From IMG/VR virus record IMGVR_UViG_3300025647_000037, positions 1 to 60,395 of that record: a stretch of 60,395 nt of DNA; one strand, given 5' to 3'. The notes beneath the pieces were generated by a model. It had not been told where the DNA came from. It made no database searches and was given only the letters and a program-made list of their open reading frames with translations. The position numbers and the translations under genes were made by a program. Source of the DNA: a virus (lineage: Duplodnaviria > Caudoviricetes). Below, one piece after another: positions 28,156 to 37,664 of this stretch. The first letter of the stretch is position 1, and each line of letters starts with the position of its first letter.

Positions 28156-31100
28156 ATGGATCCAGTAAGACAGCTATACGATCAGCTCCTACAGCAGGGG
28201 CTGTATACGAAATCATTTGAAGAGTTTCAGGGGCAGTTCGCTACTGCTGGCGCACAGCAACAACTGTACGACAACCTGCACAATCAGAACCTGTACACCA
28301 AGTCATTGGATGACTTTCAGTCTCAGTTCTTTACGCCAGCTCAGCCTAAGCCAGACCCAACTAGAGATGACTTCATGGCTGAGGCCGTCAAGACCATGAC
28401 TAAGCAGCAAGCTGAGCAGGCCTGGGATTTGACTCAGCCCAAGAAGAAGGAGGAGCAGTTTATACAAGGAGGCGTCGGGGACGCAATCAATAGCCTTGGA
28501 TGGTTTGGCGATTTTATTGACGACATGTATGGGTACGTCAAGTCTGGTCAAAAGATAGGTGCGTCACAGGATGAGGTTCTTGAGGCTGCGTTTGCTGCGC
28601 CAGAGGAGTTGACCGAGGACATGATCTCAGACTTTTACAGTCAGACTTACGATCAAGGAGCCAAGACTGAGGAGATGCAAGCCTTCCAGAAACAAATTCA
28701 GGAGGGTGGTGATACGTTTGGGAACACACTTTACGCTTACTTTCAGAACCCATCAGTCATTGTAGGTCAAGCGTTGGAGTCCGTGTCGATGCTTGCCAAC
28801 AAGCAATCCCTGTCAACCGTAGCAGGATCTACCGCCACGGGTGCTGGGGCTGGCGCCACTGCTGGTGCTATAGGTGGATCGGTTGTAGTGCCAGGGATTG
28901 GCACTGGTGTCGGTGCTGGAGGGGGAGCTACTGTCGGAGCATTGGGAGGATTAAGAGTTGGGATTGGATTGGCTAGCGGAGCGGTTGAATCTTCTGCTAT
29001 TGTTGTAGACGCATTCAGAGATAGAGCTCAACGGGAGGGAAGAGAATACAACGAAGACACTCTGGCAGAATACCTGACAGACAGAGAGTTCATGAAGAAA
29101 GTTCGCCGCGATGCAGTTGCTGGGGGAGCGACCGTTGCTGTGATTGACGCAGTAACTGGTGGGCTGGGCAGCGCAGTTGCAAAGAAGCAGGTTGCAAAGG
29201 GTGCTAGCAAGACTGCTGTTGCTGTAACACAGGCTGTCGTAGAAGGTACTGGAGGTGCTGTTGGTGAAGCAACAAAGCAGAAGGTGATTGGCAAGGATCT
29301 GTCTCCATCCGAGATTGTCGGAGAGTTTCTTGGAAGTACGCCAGGGTCAGCGGTCAACGTTCTGATTAACGCAGCCACACCAGGACAGTACACCATCACA
29401 TCAAAGGATGGTAAGACTGTTGCTCACGATCGTCAGACGATGGCTGAGTTCATCGAGAACTCTACGCCAGAACAACTGCAAGAGGTTGACATTAGCATTG
29501 ACAAGGACAAGGACCTTCTCGATGTGTACAACAAGAAGAAAGGATTGGTACAGGGACCAAGGGTTTCCACGGATGGTGAGGGTGAGCAAGTCTCCGAGGA
29601 GATGCAGGCGAAGCAACAGGTCCTTGAACAGCACCGCAACGGACAGATCACTGAGGATGAAAGGGATCAGATGATCGCTAGCATCACAGACGCATTCACA
29701 AAGAAGCAGGATGAAGAACTACGTAAGCCACCTAGAGGCCGCCGCCTTTTTAGCGAACCAGCCAAGCCTGCTGTCAACGCTGCTCGAAAGTTCAGAGAGG
29801 CAGCAACAGAAGCTCCAGAGGAAGGGACTCCGATAAGAAAGATTGACAAGACATTCGCCATGCGCATTGCTGATGCGTTCGAAGCGCTTGAGCACAGGCC
29901 AGATGACCCCGAAGTTAGAGAGGCGTATCAAGCCATGGCTGATGAGACGGAGGGTCAGTTTGAACTTCTTCTTCAGGAAGGTGTGGAGGTAGAGATCTAC
30001 GAGGGAGAGGGCGAGCCGTATGCCAACTCGCAGGAGATGCTTGAGGATCTCAACAAGAACAACCACATGTACATCCTGTCCACCGAAAAGGACTTTGGTC
30101 AGGCAGGAATCACTGAAGCACAGAGAGCAGAGAACGCATTGCTTAATGAGTCCAAGTTCACGGACAAGAACGGCAAGCCAATGCTGATCAACGACGTGTT
30201 CAGGGCGGTGCACGATTTCTTCGGACACGGAGAGAGGGGGAACAGCTTCGGACCTATAGGTGAGGAGAACGCCTGGGATGTTCACGCTCGCATGTACTCT
30301 GACAAGGCTCGCAGGGCTATGACCACTGAGACTAGAGGTCAGAACAGCTGGGTGAACTTCGGACCTCAGATGAGGAACGAGCAGGGGGAGCTTATCGCCC
30401 CAAACGACCCCAACTATTTGTCCGCTAAGGACAGAGCATTTGCTGAGCAGAAGATGGGGTTGCTCCCTGAAGAGTTCTCTAACCTGCCAGAAAGAGCAGA
30501 GCCTAGGACAGAGACAAGTCAGGTAGCGGATCAAGCGGGTGTGTCACCAAGGAACTTGAGGGAGCTGACCAAGACCTATCAAAATGTCTTCGGGTTAGAG
30601 CTTGAGCAGGCCATGGCTGCAGCCGTCGTGTCTGACAGGATGGTGGGTACCATGGCTGAAAGAAACGGCATATCTAAGGAGGAGCAGTACTCTCAGTTCG
30701 AGTTCGTGCAGTCGCCTGACGGATTGCCAAAAGAAGTTAACGAATCCAGCGTCTTGTTTCAAGGCAACTTCAGCGAGCCTAAGTCTAGGATCACATTCTC
30801 TTACGACAAGAACGGTGATCTGTTTGCCAACCTTGAGAAGGAGGGGAAGATCACTCGCAACATGACGCTCAGCGAGTTCCCTGACGGGTCTCAGTTTGTG
30901 TTGCACTCACCAGACGATGCGTTCTCTGGGGAGATCTACAAGGATGGGGAGTTGCTTGTCGAGGGCCAAGGTGGTGTGTACTATCCAATCAAGTACAACG
31001 ACAAGGGCTTTGTGTGGGCTGGGACTGGAAAGGGAACAGCGAGTAAGCTTGCTGACCTTATCAACGAGTCCGCAGCTAAGTCAAAGGATGGGAAGGCTAG

Positions 31101-34100
31101 GTTGGCCTTGGCCACAGGAGCCCCAACAAAGAATCTGTCAACGCTAAAGTCTGCTAACGCTGTCGTTGAAACCTTGATGGGATTTGCTAAGGACCCTAAG
31201 TTTGGTGTCACGAGAGGGCAGGTGGAGAGGGCCATTAAGAGTGCAGCCAAGAAAGCCAAGAACCAAAAAGGAAACAAGGCCCTACCGTTTGATGTCCCTG
31301 CCATGCTCACTGACAAGGAGTTAGTGAGCTTCCTGAGAGATGCGCTAAGACCCCCACTGTCCTTCGAGGATCGAAGAGCATTTGTGCTACAGGTCTTGAC
31401 TGAGTTTACAAACGAAGTAAAATCACAGAAGACTCAGGATCAACTTGTTGAGTTCTTTGGGGAGGGCATTAGAAACAAGTCACCCTTTTTCAAGGCCAAG
31501 AAGGGGCGCAAGTTTTCATCAACAGCATTGAGAGAAGGGTTTGCGTACATGCTTGGTGAGCCCATGCTCAGGGATATAACAAGAGACGGAAAGGCTGGTA
31601 GGGTGTACGCTGTGGTAGAGGTCGAAAGACCAGAGGGCATGGCGAAGAATAAGGATCTGGTAACAGTCAAGGAGGACAGCACTCACGAATCATACCCGTT
31701 TGCTATCCAGGCTGTTGAGGGGGCGACTGTCAGACTTCACGTCCTCGACGAGGTGACCATGTGGAACGATGCGTTTCAAGATCCATTGAGTGGTGGCGAC
31801 ATCAACCAGTCAGATCTCAAGCGAATCTTCCCAAGCAGCGGGCTAGCGTTTAACACGCTCAGACTGAAGGACAAGACATTGTTCCAGTCAGCTAGAAGAG
31901 ATAAGACTGACGAGGAGATTAGCCAGGAGTTCGCTCTCAAGAGAATGAAGGGCCAACGTAGAGCTGACCTTGAAGAGGCCGACCTGTTCTTGCTTCAGCA
32001 AATGGAGGAATCCAAGGGTCGTGAGATGACAATCGAAGAGTTCAAGGCAGAGAAGAAGGCTGCATTAGCTTCAGGTAAGATCACGTCAGATCGAAAGAGA
32101 CTTAAGGATAGGTTAGAGGGGAGGCCAGTGGAGTGGGAGGAGACTCCTGTCAAAAACATGAGGGACTCTGAGATCTCAGTTAGAAAGGATGTAATAAGCG
32201 AGGCCGCTGCAGATCTTAAGAACGGTAAGATCACTACAGAGGAGTACATTGCCAAGGTCAGAGAGTACGACAGGACTGGGCCAATCGGTCAGTTCTTCGC
32301 TGCTGTCACGGAGGATCACATGAATCAAGCCCTGAACAAGAGGCAGATGGAGAAGGTGATGGCTCCGCTTCAGGATAAGGATGGTAATCCTATAGAAAAG
32401 GTAGGGTTAAGACTGGACATCCCTGCATACCTGAACGCCAACGCTTGGATTGTCAGCATGCACGACGGACCTGACGGAGCGCCTGTAAGCTACAGGCCAG
32501 CTGCTAGGATTAGAGACGTAGAGTTCTCCACTGACCCAAGACTAGCCATCCAAGTTGCGTCTAACGCCATGAACAAGGCGACGTTCGCTCGCATGGTTGG
32601 TGACAACGTAGAGATCCCAGGGGCAACCGTAGAAGAGGTTGGTCGTAACGGTGAGAAGCTTATCGAGGCAGTGATGGATGACCCAGCATGGGTTCAGGTC
32701 GGGATGAATCCTTTCCGTCACTCGTACTTCTACGATCGAGCTACCATGCAGCCCGTGGTCGCGGCAGAGGAGGTGATCCAGGTGGGCGGCCTGGTTTATG
32801 CGAAGAACGTTGAGTACGCATCACCAACAGATGATCGGTTTATGGTCATGGCAGAGCCATCTGGCAAGACCATGAAGGGTAAGACGGAGGAATCACTCAA
32901 GGCTTCTGATCAACCACTGCTCGACAAGAACGGTGATCCTGTGTACTTCCAAGACAAGAAGGCTGCGATCGTGATGCAGAACGGAAAGTTCGTGATTCAT
33001 GCCATGACGTCTCCAGACGTGTCGTCACCAGTGCACGAGATGGCACACGCCTACGAGACGGTGCTCAACCAAGGGGAGCGCAGGGAGGTGCTCAAGTGGG
33101 CAGGAGCCGAGGAGTGGACGAGAGATGTGAGCGAGAAGTTCGCTCGTGGATTCGAGAGCTACCTAGCAACAGAGACCGCTCCAACCCCAGGATTGAAGGC
33201 TGTTTTTGAGAGCTTTAAGAAGTTCATGGTTGAGATCTACAACGGAATTACTGGAAGTGAGATCGACATCGAGCTCAACGATCCGATGAAGCGCATCTAT
33301 GAGAAGATGCTGGGTGCTGATGCCGTAGCTGACACGTCTACAACCAGGACGAACAGAGCTAACAAAGCTGCTGATGGAGGGAATAAGGGCGGTAGACTGC
33401 GCAGGTTTGCAAAGCGTGTGGCTACGGACATGCCAGGTGTCAGAAAGGACATCATGGAAAACCCACAGAACTACTTTGAACCTCAAGTTCTTGAGGAGAT
33501 AAAAGAAAGTCTTGAGGGTATGGACATGGAGGACTTGATCGGTATGGTCAGAGAGACCTCCCTAGTAAACCTGTCCAAGGCTCAGAACGAGGTTGGTGTT
33601 CTGGCTGGAATCGAGCTCATCAACAGGGCTGCAGCCAAGGGCGACATGGCTATGGTTAGTCAGATAACAGCAGACCTTGCTGAGATCGGAACCTCAGCTG
33701 GTAGAATCTTGCGTCACTTCGGAGAACTTAAGAGCTCAACACCTATCGCCATGTACGAGGTGATCAGGGATGCGGTTGAAAAGAATGGTCGCACGTTGTC
33801 AGAAAAAGATTCAGCCACGGTAATGGCCAAGGTGACTGCTGTTCTTGAGAACATGAGGGCTATCAAGGACATCAACAAGAGACTAAGGGATGGTGTAGAT
33901 CTTACTGACGTAGATTACAACAACCTTGAGAAAGCTCTTGAGGTTGCTCAAAGAAAGCTAACGGATTCTGACAGGGACTTGATCAGGCTCACGAATGTTC
34001 TTGTCGAAGATGGTTGGGGCCAGATAGGAACTCAGCTCATGCAGGGTAACCTCATGACAACCATGTCTCAGGTAACCAACGTGTTTGCCAACCTATTCAA

Positions 34101-36099
34101 CCTTGGCGTTGTACTTCCAGTGAACTTCATCTCTAGCCTTACTGAGGGTGCTATGACCACCATCTCTAGGGCCATGGGTAGCGACGTGAAGAACTCTAGA
34201 CCACTCAGCCTTGGTGCGTTGTACCACGGAATGAAGGGTGTGTCTCAGGGTGTGAAGGAGGCCATGTTTGAAGTTCAGACAGGACAAAGCAAGGGGGATA
34301 CGGAGTGGAGAATCCAAAGAGGCTTCTTCCCGCTCATGTCCTTGTACGCTGCGATGGGTAGCAACGGGGCTCTTACAAAGCTTGGACTGGACAGCGACAT
34401 GTCTAACATGCAGAGAGCTAAGCTGTTCATCAAGGGCACTGTAGGTATCCCAGCTGAGATCATGTTCAGGCTGCTGTCGCTGGGTGATGCACCATTCAGG
34501 AAGTTCTCTGAGAACTACGCGGTATACAAGGAGGCTAAGAGGAGAGGGTTGAGTGGAAGGGCGTTTGAAAGATTTGTCAAGCATCCACCGTTCGCCGTCA
34601 TGGAGCAAGCAGCTAAGGAAGGTAGAGAGCTTACGTTCCAGGAGCAGACTGCAGCAGCCAAGGTTGTTGAGGGTGGTATAGGAAATTTGAGAAGGGCTTT
34701 CGAACAGGCATTCGGACCCAAGGTTGCTAGTGCTCTCAACTTTGTGCTCATCAGATCTCAAGTTCCGTTCATAAGAACTCCAGTCAACATCATGGTTGAG
34801 AGTGTTAAATACACTGTGCCTGCGTTTGCAATTGTTGACGCCGTCACCAAGTTCGCTAGAGGTGATAAGCCTGGCGGACACCAATCAATTGCCAAAGCTA
34901 TCATTGGAATCACCGTAGCTAAGATGGCTGAAGAGATGATGAAGGAGGGCTTGATGAGCGGTGAGATCGAGTGGGAACCCAAGGAGTCTCAGAAGAACAT
35001 CGCTTACGATCAGTTCCCTCCGAACTCAATTAACATCTCTGCCCTTCAGAGATACAGGAATGGTGGCGATCCAACAGCGCAACCAGGAGACAGATTCTGG
35101 TCGTACCAAAAGATGGGGTTGATAGGGGTTATGCTCGGAGCGACTGCTGCTTCATACGATGGTGAGGAATCAATGGCTGAACAGAATCAGTCGCTTCTTG
35201 GATCAGTGGTTGGTATCAAGCCTGCAACAACTGTTAACTACGTCCTCAACCAGGGCTTCCTTACTGGTGTAAACAACCTGTCCAAGATCCTTGGGGAGAC
35301 TGATGAGGAGAGACTTGAGAAGGCTATTGAGAATTGGTTGGGAGGTATGTTCAACGCGCTCACAGCCACCGTACTTCCGAACACTACCGCTGCTGCGCAC
35401 AGGGCTAGAAGAACCTACATGCCAGACTACAGGGTGACGAAGGACATGACCCCATCAGAGAGGGTGGCTCAAAGGCTTAAGTACACCATACTCGACAGGA
35501 CTTACGGCATGGCATCAGGACTGTGGGAGGACCTTGAATCTGTCCCTGTCAGGGTTAACTGGAAGGGTGAGCCGATCAGACAGACGCCTGAGGGTTCAGA
35601 CCCTATCGCATACAACTTGTTCGACGTCACGAAGGCCAGGAACTCAGAGAGCGACCCAGTGTCTAACGAGATCTATAGGCTGTACGTAGAGACAGATCAG
35701 CTTAGCGATGTAGTGTCAACGCCTTACTACGCAAGAAACAGGAAGGTCACTGTACCCAGCTCGTTCTCCAGAAAGGACATCGTCTTCCTCAGAAGAGCGG
35801 GCAGAGAGTACAGTTTCATCAAGGATCCAACGTTTGCTGGATCAAGACTCTACCTGACCACTGACATCATCTCAGAGCTCATGATGACGTCTGGTAGGCA
35901 GAGATACAAAGAGGTTCAGGAACTTATGCAGTCACCTGAATACGCATCGATGACTAACGAGCAGAAGCTTTCGGCGCTCGACACAATATCTAACGAGTAC
36001 AACGGAGTCTTGGAGTACACGCGCACTGGCATGAAAGACCACAGCCTGCTTCTCCTCGACGCAATGCAGATGATCTATGAGCAAAGACAAGGAAGGTAA
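28156..36099 (+). CDS. Giant internal virion / polyvalent protein with zincin-like motifs
   Basis: 2647 aa; two N-terminal LY...LYTKS.(E/D)(E/D)F..QF repeats; Gly/Ala hydrophobic region; FRAVHDFFGH and VHEMAH...EKFARGFE motifs; helical C-terminal region with PFIRTP.N. Confidence 0.8.
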   Translation: MDPVRQLYDQLLQQGLYTKSFEEFQGQFATAGAQQQLYDNLHNQNLYTKSLDDFQSQFFTPAQPKPDPTRDDFMAEAVKTMTKQQAEQAWDLTQPKKKEEQFIQGGVGDAINSLGWFGDFIDDMYGYVKSGQKIGASQDEVLEAAFAAPEELTEDMISDFYSQTYDQGAKTEEMQAFQKQIQEGGDTFGNTLYAYFQNPSVIVGQALESVSMLANKQSLSTVAGSTATGAGAGATAGAIGGSVVVPGIGTGVGAGGGATVGALGGLRVGIGLASGAVESSAIVVDAFRDRAQREGREYNEDTLAEYLTDREFMKKVRRDAVAGGATVAVIDAVTGGLGSAVAKKQVAKGASKTAVAVTQAVVEGTGGAVGEATKQKVIGKDLSPSEIVGEFLGSTPGSAVNVLINAATPGQYTITSKDGKTVAHDRQTMAEFIENSTPEQLQEVDISIDKDKDLLDVYNKKKGLVQGPRVSTDGEGEQVSEEMQAKQQVLEQHRNGQITEDERDQMIASITDAFTKKQDEELRKPPRGRRLFSEPAKPAVNAARKFREAATEAPEEGTPIRKIDKTFAMRIADAFEALEHRPDDPEVREAYQAMADETEGQFELLLQEGVEVEIYEGEGEPYANSQEMLEDLNKNNHMYILSTEKDFGQAGITEAQRAENALLNESKFTDKNGKPMLINDVFRAVHDFFGHGERGNSFGPIGEENAWDVHARMYSDKARRAMTTETRGQNSWVNFGPQMRNEQGELIAPNDPNYLSAKDRAFAEQKMGLLPEEFSNLPERAEPRTETSQVADQAGVSPRNLRELTKTYQNVFGLELEQAMAAAVVSDRMVGTMAERNGISKEEQYSQFEFVQSPDGLPKEVNESSVLFQGNFSEPKSRITFSYDKNGDLFANLEKEGKITRNMTLSEFPDGSQFVLHSPDDAFSGEIYKDGELLVEGQGGVYYPIKYNDKGFVWAGTGKGTASKLADLINESAAKSKDGKARLALATGAPTKNLSTLKSANAVVETLMGFAKDPKFGVTRGQVERAIKSAAKKAKNQKGNKALPFDVPAMLTDKELVSFLRDALRPPLSFEDRRAFVLQVLTEFTNEVKSQKTQDQLVEFFGEGIRNKSPFFKAKKGRKFSSTALREGFAYMLGEPMLRDITRDGKAGRVYAVVEVERPEGMAKNKDLVTVKEDSTHESYPFAIQAVEGATVRLHVLDEVTMWNDAFQDPLSGGDINQSDLKRIFPSSGLAFNTLRLKDKTLFQSARRDKTDEEISQEFALKRMKGQRRADLEEADLFLLQQMEESKGREMTIEEFKAEKKAALASGKITSDRKRLKDRLEGRPVEWEETPVKNMRDSEISVRKDVISEAAADLKNGKITTEEYIAKVREYDRTGPIGQFFAAVTEDHMNQALNKRQMEKVMAPLQDKDGNPIEKVGLRLDIPAYLNANAWIVSMHDGPDGAPVSYRPAARIRDVEFSTDPRLAIQVASNAMNKATFARMVGDNVEIPGATVEEVGRNGEKLIEAVMDDPAWVQVGMNPFRHSYFYDRATMQPVVAAEEVIQVGGLVYAKNVEYASPTDDRFMVMAEPSGKTMKGKTEESLKASDQPLLDKNGDPVYFQDKKAAIVMQNGKFVIHAMTSPDVSSPVHEMAHAYETVLNQGERREVLKWAGAEEWTRDVSEKFARGFESYLATETAPTPGLKAVFESFKKFMVEIYNGITGSEIDIELNDPMKRIYEKMLGADAVADTSTTRTNRANKAADGGNKGGRLRRFAKRVATDMPGVRKDIMENPQNYFEPQVLEEIKESLEGMDMEDLIGMVRETSLVNLSKAQNEVGVLAGIELINRAAAKGDMAMVSQITADLAEIGTSAGRILRHFGELKSSTPIAMYEVIRDAVEKNGRTLSEKDSATVMAKVTAVLENMRAIKDINKRLRDGVDLTDVDYNNLEKALEVAQRKLTDSDRDLIRLTNVLVEDGWGQIGTQLMQGNLMTTMSQVTNVFANLFNLGVVLPVNFISSLTEGAMTTISRAMGSDVKNSRPLSLGALYHGMKGVSQGVKEAMFEVQTGQSKGDTEWRIQRGFFPLMSLYAAMGSNGALTKLGLDSDMSNMQRAKLFIKGTVGIPAEIMFRLLSLGDAPFRKFSENYAVYKEAKRRGLSGRAFERFVKHPPFAVMEQAAKEGRELTFQEQTAAAKVVEGGIGNLRRAFEQAFGPKVASALNFVLIRSQVPFIRTPVNIMVESVKYTVPAFAIVDAVTKFARGDKPGGHQSIAKAIIGITVAKMAEEMMKEGLMSGEIEWEPKESQKNIAYDQFPPNSINISALQRYRNGGDPTAQPGDRFWSYQKMGLIGVMLGATAASYDGEESMAEQNQSLLGSVVGIKPATTVNYVLNQGFLTGVNNLSKILGETDEERLEKAIENWLGGMFNALTATVLPNTTAAAHRARRTYMPDYRVTKDMTPSERVAQRLKYTILDRTYGMASGLWEDLESVPVRVNWKGEPIRQTPEGSDPIAYNLFDVTKARNSESDPVSNEIYRLYVETDQLSDVVSTPYYARNRKVTVPSSFSRKDIVFLRRAGREYSFIKDPTFAGSRLYLTTDIISELMMTSGRQRYKEVQELMQSPEYASMTNEQKLSALDTISNEYNGVLEYTRTGMKDHSLLLLDAMQMIYEQRQGR

Positions 36100-36523
36100 G
36101 AGAATAAGAGACACCAAACTCGGCCAGTGGCTCAAGGACAAGGCACCAAATATCCTAGACACTGTGGGTGATCTTCTGCCAGACAGCGGCGGACTTGGTG
36201 TTGTAAAGAACCTGCTGGACAGGGATCCTGACGTGGATCCTGAAGAGGCGAAAGCCATGCTTGAGGCTGAGGTTCAGTTCCAGAACAACGTCACCGAGAG
36301 ATGGAAAGCCGACATGGGTGGCGACGTAAAGCTAGCTAAGTACATAAGACCAGTGACATTGATAGCGTTGATGCTGATGTTCATGGCCACAATGGTCATG
36401 GATTCCCTTGACAACCTGCCATTTAATGTAAAGAATAGTTATGTATCTTTGCTAGAAATTCTTATGCTCACTGTGTTCGGCGCTTACTTCGCTGGCAGAA
36501 CAGTAGAAAAGTCAAGACGATGA
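36077..36523 (+). CDS. Holin-like membrane protein (3TM holin type)
   Basis: VTERWKADM...IRP.TL + TM...TM + YFAGRTVEK. Confidence 0.7.
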   Translation: MSKDKEGKRIRDTKLGQWLKDKAPNILDTVGDLLPDSGGLGVVKNLLDRDPDVDPEEAKAMLEAEVQFQNNVTERWKADMGGDVKLAKYIRPVTLIALMLMFMATMVMDSLDNLPFNVKNSYVSLLEILMLTVFGAYFAGRTVEKSRR

Positions 36524-36888
36524 GGATCTTAAGTAACAGAACACCAGGTCAGTTTTATGGCAACCTAGCAAGAGCGTCGGAGGGGAGGCGCGATGTTCTG
36601 TCGGGGATGGCAGAGAGGGACAGAATCGCCGCCGCTACTCAGGCTCAAGATGCAGCCGACATCGACGCAAGGATAGACAAGGAAAAGATGTTCGGGTTGA
36701 GGGGTGAAGGTGTTGACACCTTCGGCGATGTCATCAGGCAGAGAAGATCAAACAGGAGAAAGAATAGATCTGAAAGGAATGAGGAGCAAGCCATGAGCAG
36801 AGACGAAAGGGCTGACATCATGAGACGTCTTGGAGAGTTCTTCAGAAGAAGACAGGAAGCTAAACTTCGAAGAGCAGAAAGAAGATGA
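36520..36888 (+). CDS. Arg-rich hypothetical protein
   Basis: Coupled ORF; a TATCTTTG box lies upstream at 36444-36451. Confidence 0.6.
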   Translation: MRILSNRTPGQFYGNLARASEGRRDVLSGMAERDRIAAATQAQDAADIDARIDKEKMFGLRGEGVDTFGDVIRQRRSNRRKNRSERNEEQAMSRDERADIMRRLGEFFRRRQEAKLRRAERR

Positions 36889-37097
36889 TTGAAGAGTATC
36901 TATCTCACTTTGAGTTTCTTGTTGTGGCAGGCACACTGATTGGAGGGTGGATCAAGTTCCAAGCGGATTACAACAAGCTTAGCTCTAGGGTTTACACGCT
37001 CGAAGCGGACAACAAGGAGTTCAAGGACGACGTCAAACAACTCCTCAAGGACATACAAGAGATTAAACTTCTGTTAGCCAAGAACAAGGTTGAATGA
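36885..37097 (+). CDS. Small membrane protein with coiled coil (lysis accessory?)
   Basis: N-terminal hydrophobic helix then heptads; next to holin. Confidence 0.6.
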   Translation: MIEEYLSHFEFLVVAGTLIGGWIKFQADYNKLSSRVYTLEADNKEFKDDVKQLLKDIQEIKLLLAKNKVE

Positions 37098-37402
37098 AAC
37101 TAGACGATAGCACCAGCGTAGGTATTAACATCAAGTGGTTGATACAGATTGTCGTAGGTGTTGGTGGTGCAGTTACGCTGTACTTCACGATCATGTCATC
37201 GTTGTCGCAACTTGAGATAGAGACAATGCGCCACAATCAGGAGATTGAACTTAACTCAGAGTTCAGAGTCAAATGGCCGAGGGGTGAGATGGGTAGCCTT
37301 CCTGATGACGCAGAGCAGAACCTACGACTAGATCATGTCGAGAAACGCATAGATCACGTCGAGATTCTTGTAGATGAATTACGTCAGAAGGGTTGCAATT
37401 AA
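37094..37402 (+). CDS. Membrane-anchored protein (lysis accessory?)
   Basis: TM (WLIQIVVGVGGAVTLYF), WPRGEMGSLPDD.EQ motif, coiled coil. Confidence 0.6.
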   Translation: MKLDDSTSVGINIKWLIQIVVGVGGAVTLYFTIMSSLSQLEIETMRHNQEIELNSEFRVKWPRGEMGSLPDDAEQNLRLDHVEKRIDHVEILVDELRQKGCN

Positions 37403-37453
37403 CATCTGTTAACACATTTCATTTGGATTGAATCAACTTCTGTCCTATGTTTG
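37399..37453 (+). promoter_or_regulatory. Full promoter with upstream palindrome: TTAAC-ATCT-GTTAA, 9 nt, TTTG, 20 nt, TATGTTTG
   Basis: Matches Bacteroidota TTTG-N19-21-TAnnTTTG consensus exactly. Confidence 0.8.
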
Positions 37454-37461
37454 TGTCAACA

Positions 37462-37546
37462 AGAGAGCGCAGTCGGTGCGTACGTCCATAGATTGCATGA
37501 CCACTCAGGTCGGACGGCAGTTGTGTTCGAATCCCAACCTCTCTCT
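37462..37546 (+). ncRNA. tRNA-like RNA with non-canonical anticodon arm
   Basis: AGAGAG/CTCTCT closing stem, CGCA/TGCG hairpin, CGTCC/GGACG arm with inner GACC/GGTC hairpin, T-arm GTTGTG-TTCGAAT-CCCAAC; starts just after a promoter. Confidence 0.55.
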
Positions 37547-37560
37547 ACTGCAAAGGGTGG

Positions 37561-37625
37561 TATCTTTGTGGGTTATTGTGTGTGGGGGATAAGGGGGTTC
37601 GCCATCTTGGCGGCCCCCTTTCTTA
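37561..37625 (+). ncRNA. Putative ~50 nt GU-rich small RNA (coordinates include its -7 box)
   Basis: TATCTTTG at 37561-37568, single-stranded TTATTGTGTGTG, then terminator; no plausible + strand ORF. Confidence 0.4.
37591..37625 (+). terminator. Rho-independent terminator
   Basis: AAGGGGGTTCGCCA-TCT-TGGCGGCCCCCTT followed by T-rich tail. Confidence 0.75.
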
Positions 37626-37652
37626 TGTAAATACCTCATCCAGAGATAGTGG

Positions 37653-37660
37653 TATCTTTG
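37653..37660 (+). promoter_or_regulatory. -7 box TATCTTTG, 4 nt before ATG 37665
   Basis: Exact consensus; GTGGTATCTTTG also occurs at 37557-37568. Confidence 0.7.
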
Positions 37661-37664
37661 GTGT

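Noticed and set aside
1885-34884. Long antisense ORFs (e.g. 1885-2778, 25805-26650, 29719-30534, 34093-34884)
   Set aside because: They lie wholly opposite well-supported genes, have Leu/Val/His-rich shadow composition and are explained by codon bias
28156-36099. Virion RNA polymerase as in Crassvirales or N4
   Set aside because: No recognisable catalytic Asp motif; motifs fit a polyvalent/ejection protein, and host-type promoters are present
37462-37546. Canonical tRNA-Ala(TGC) or tRNA-Sec/opal suppressor (TCA)
   Set aside because: TTGCA lacks a flanking anticodon stem and TCA sits in a 5-nt loop without U33
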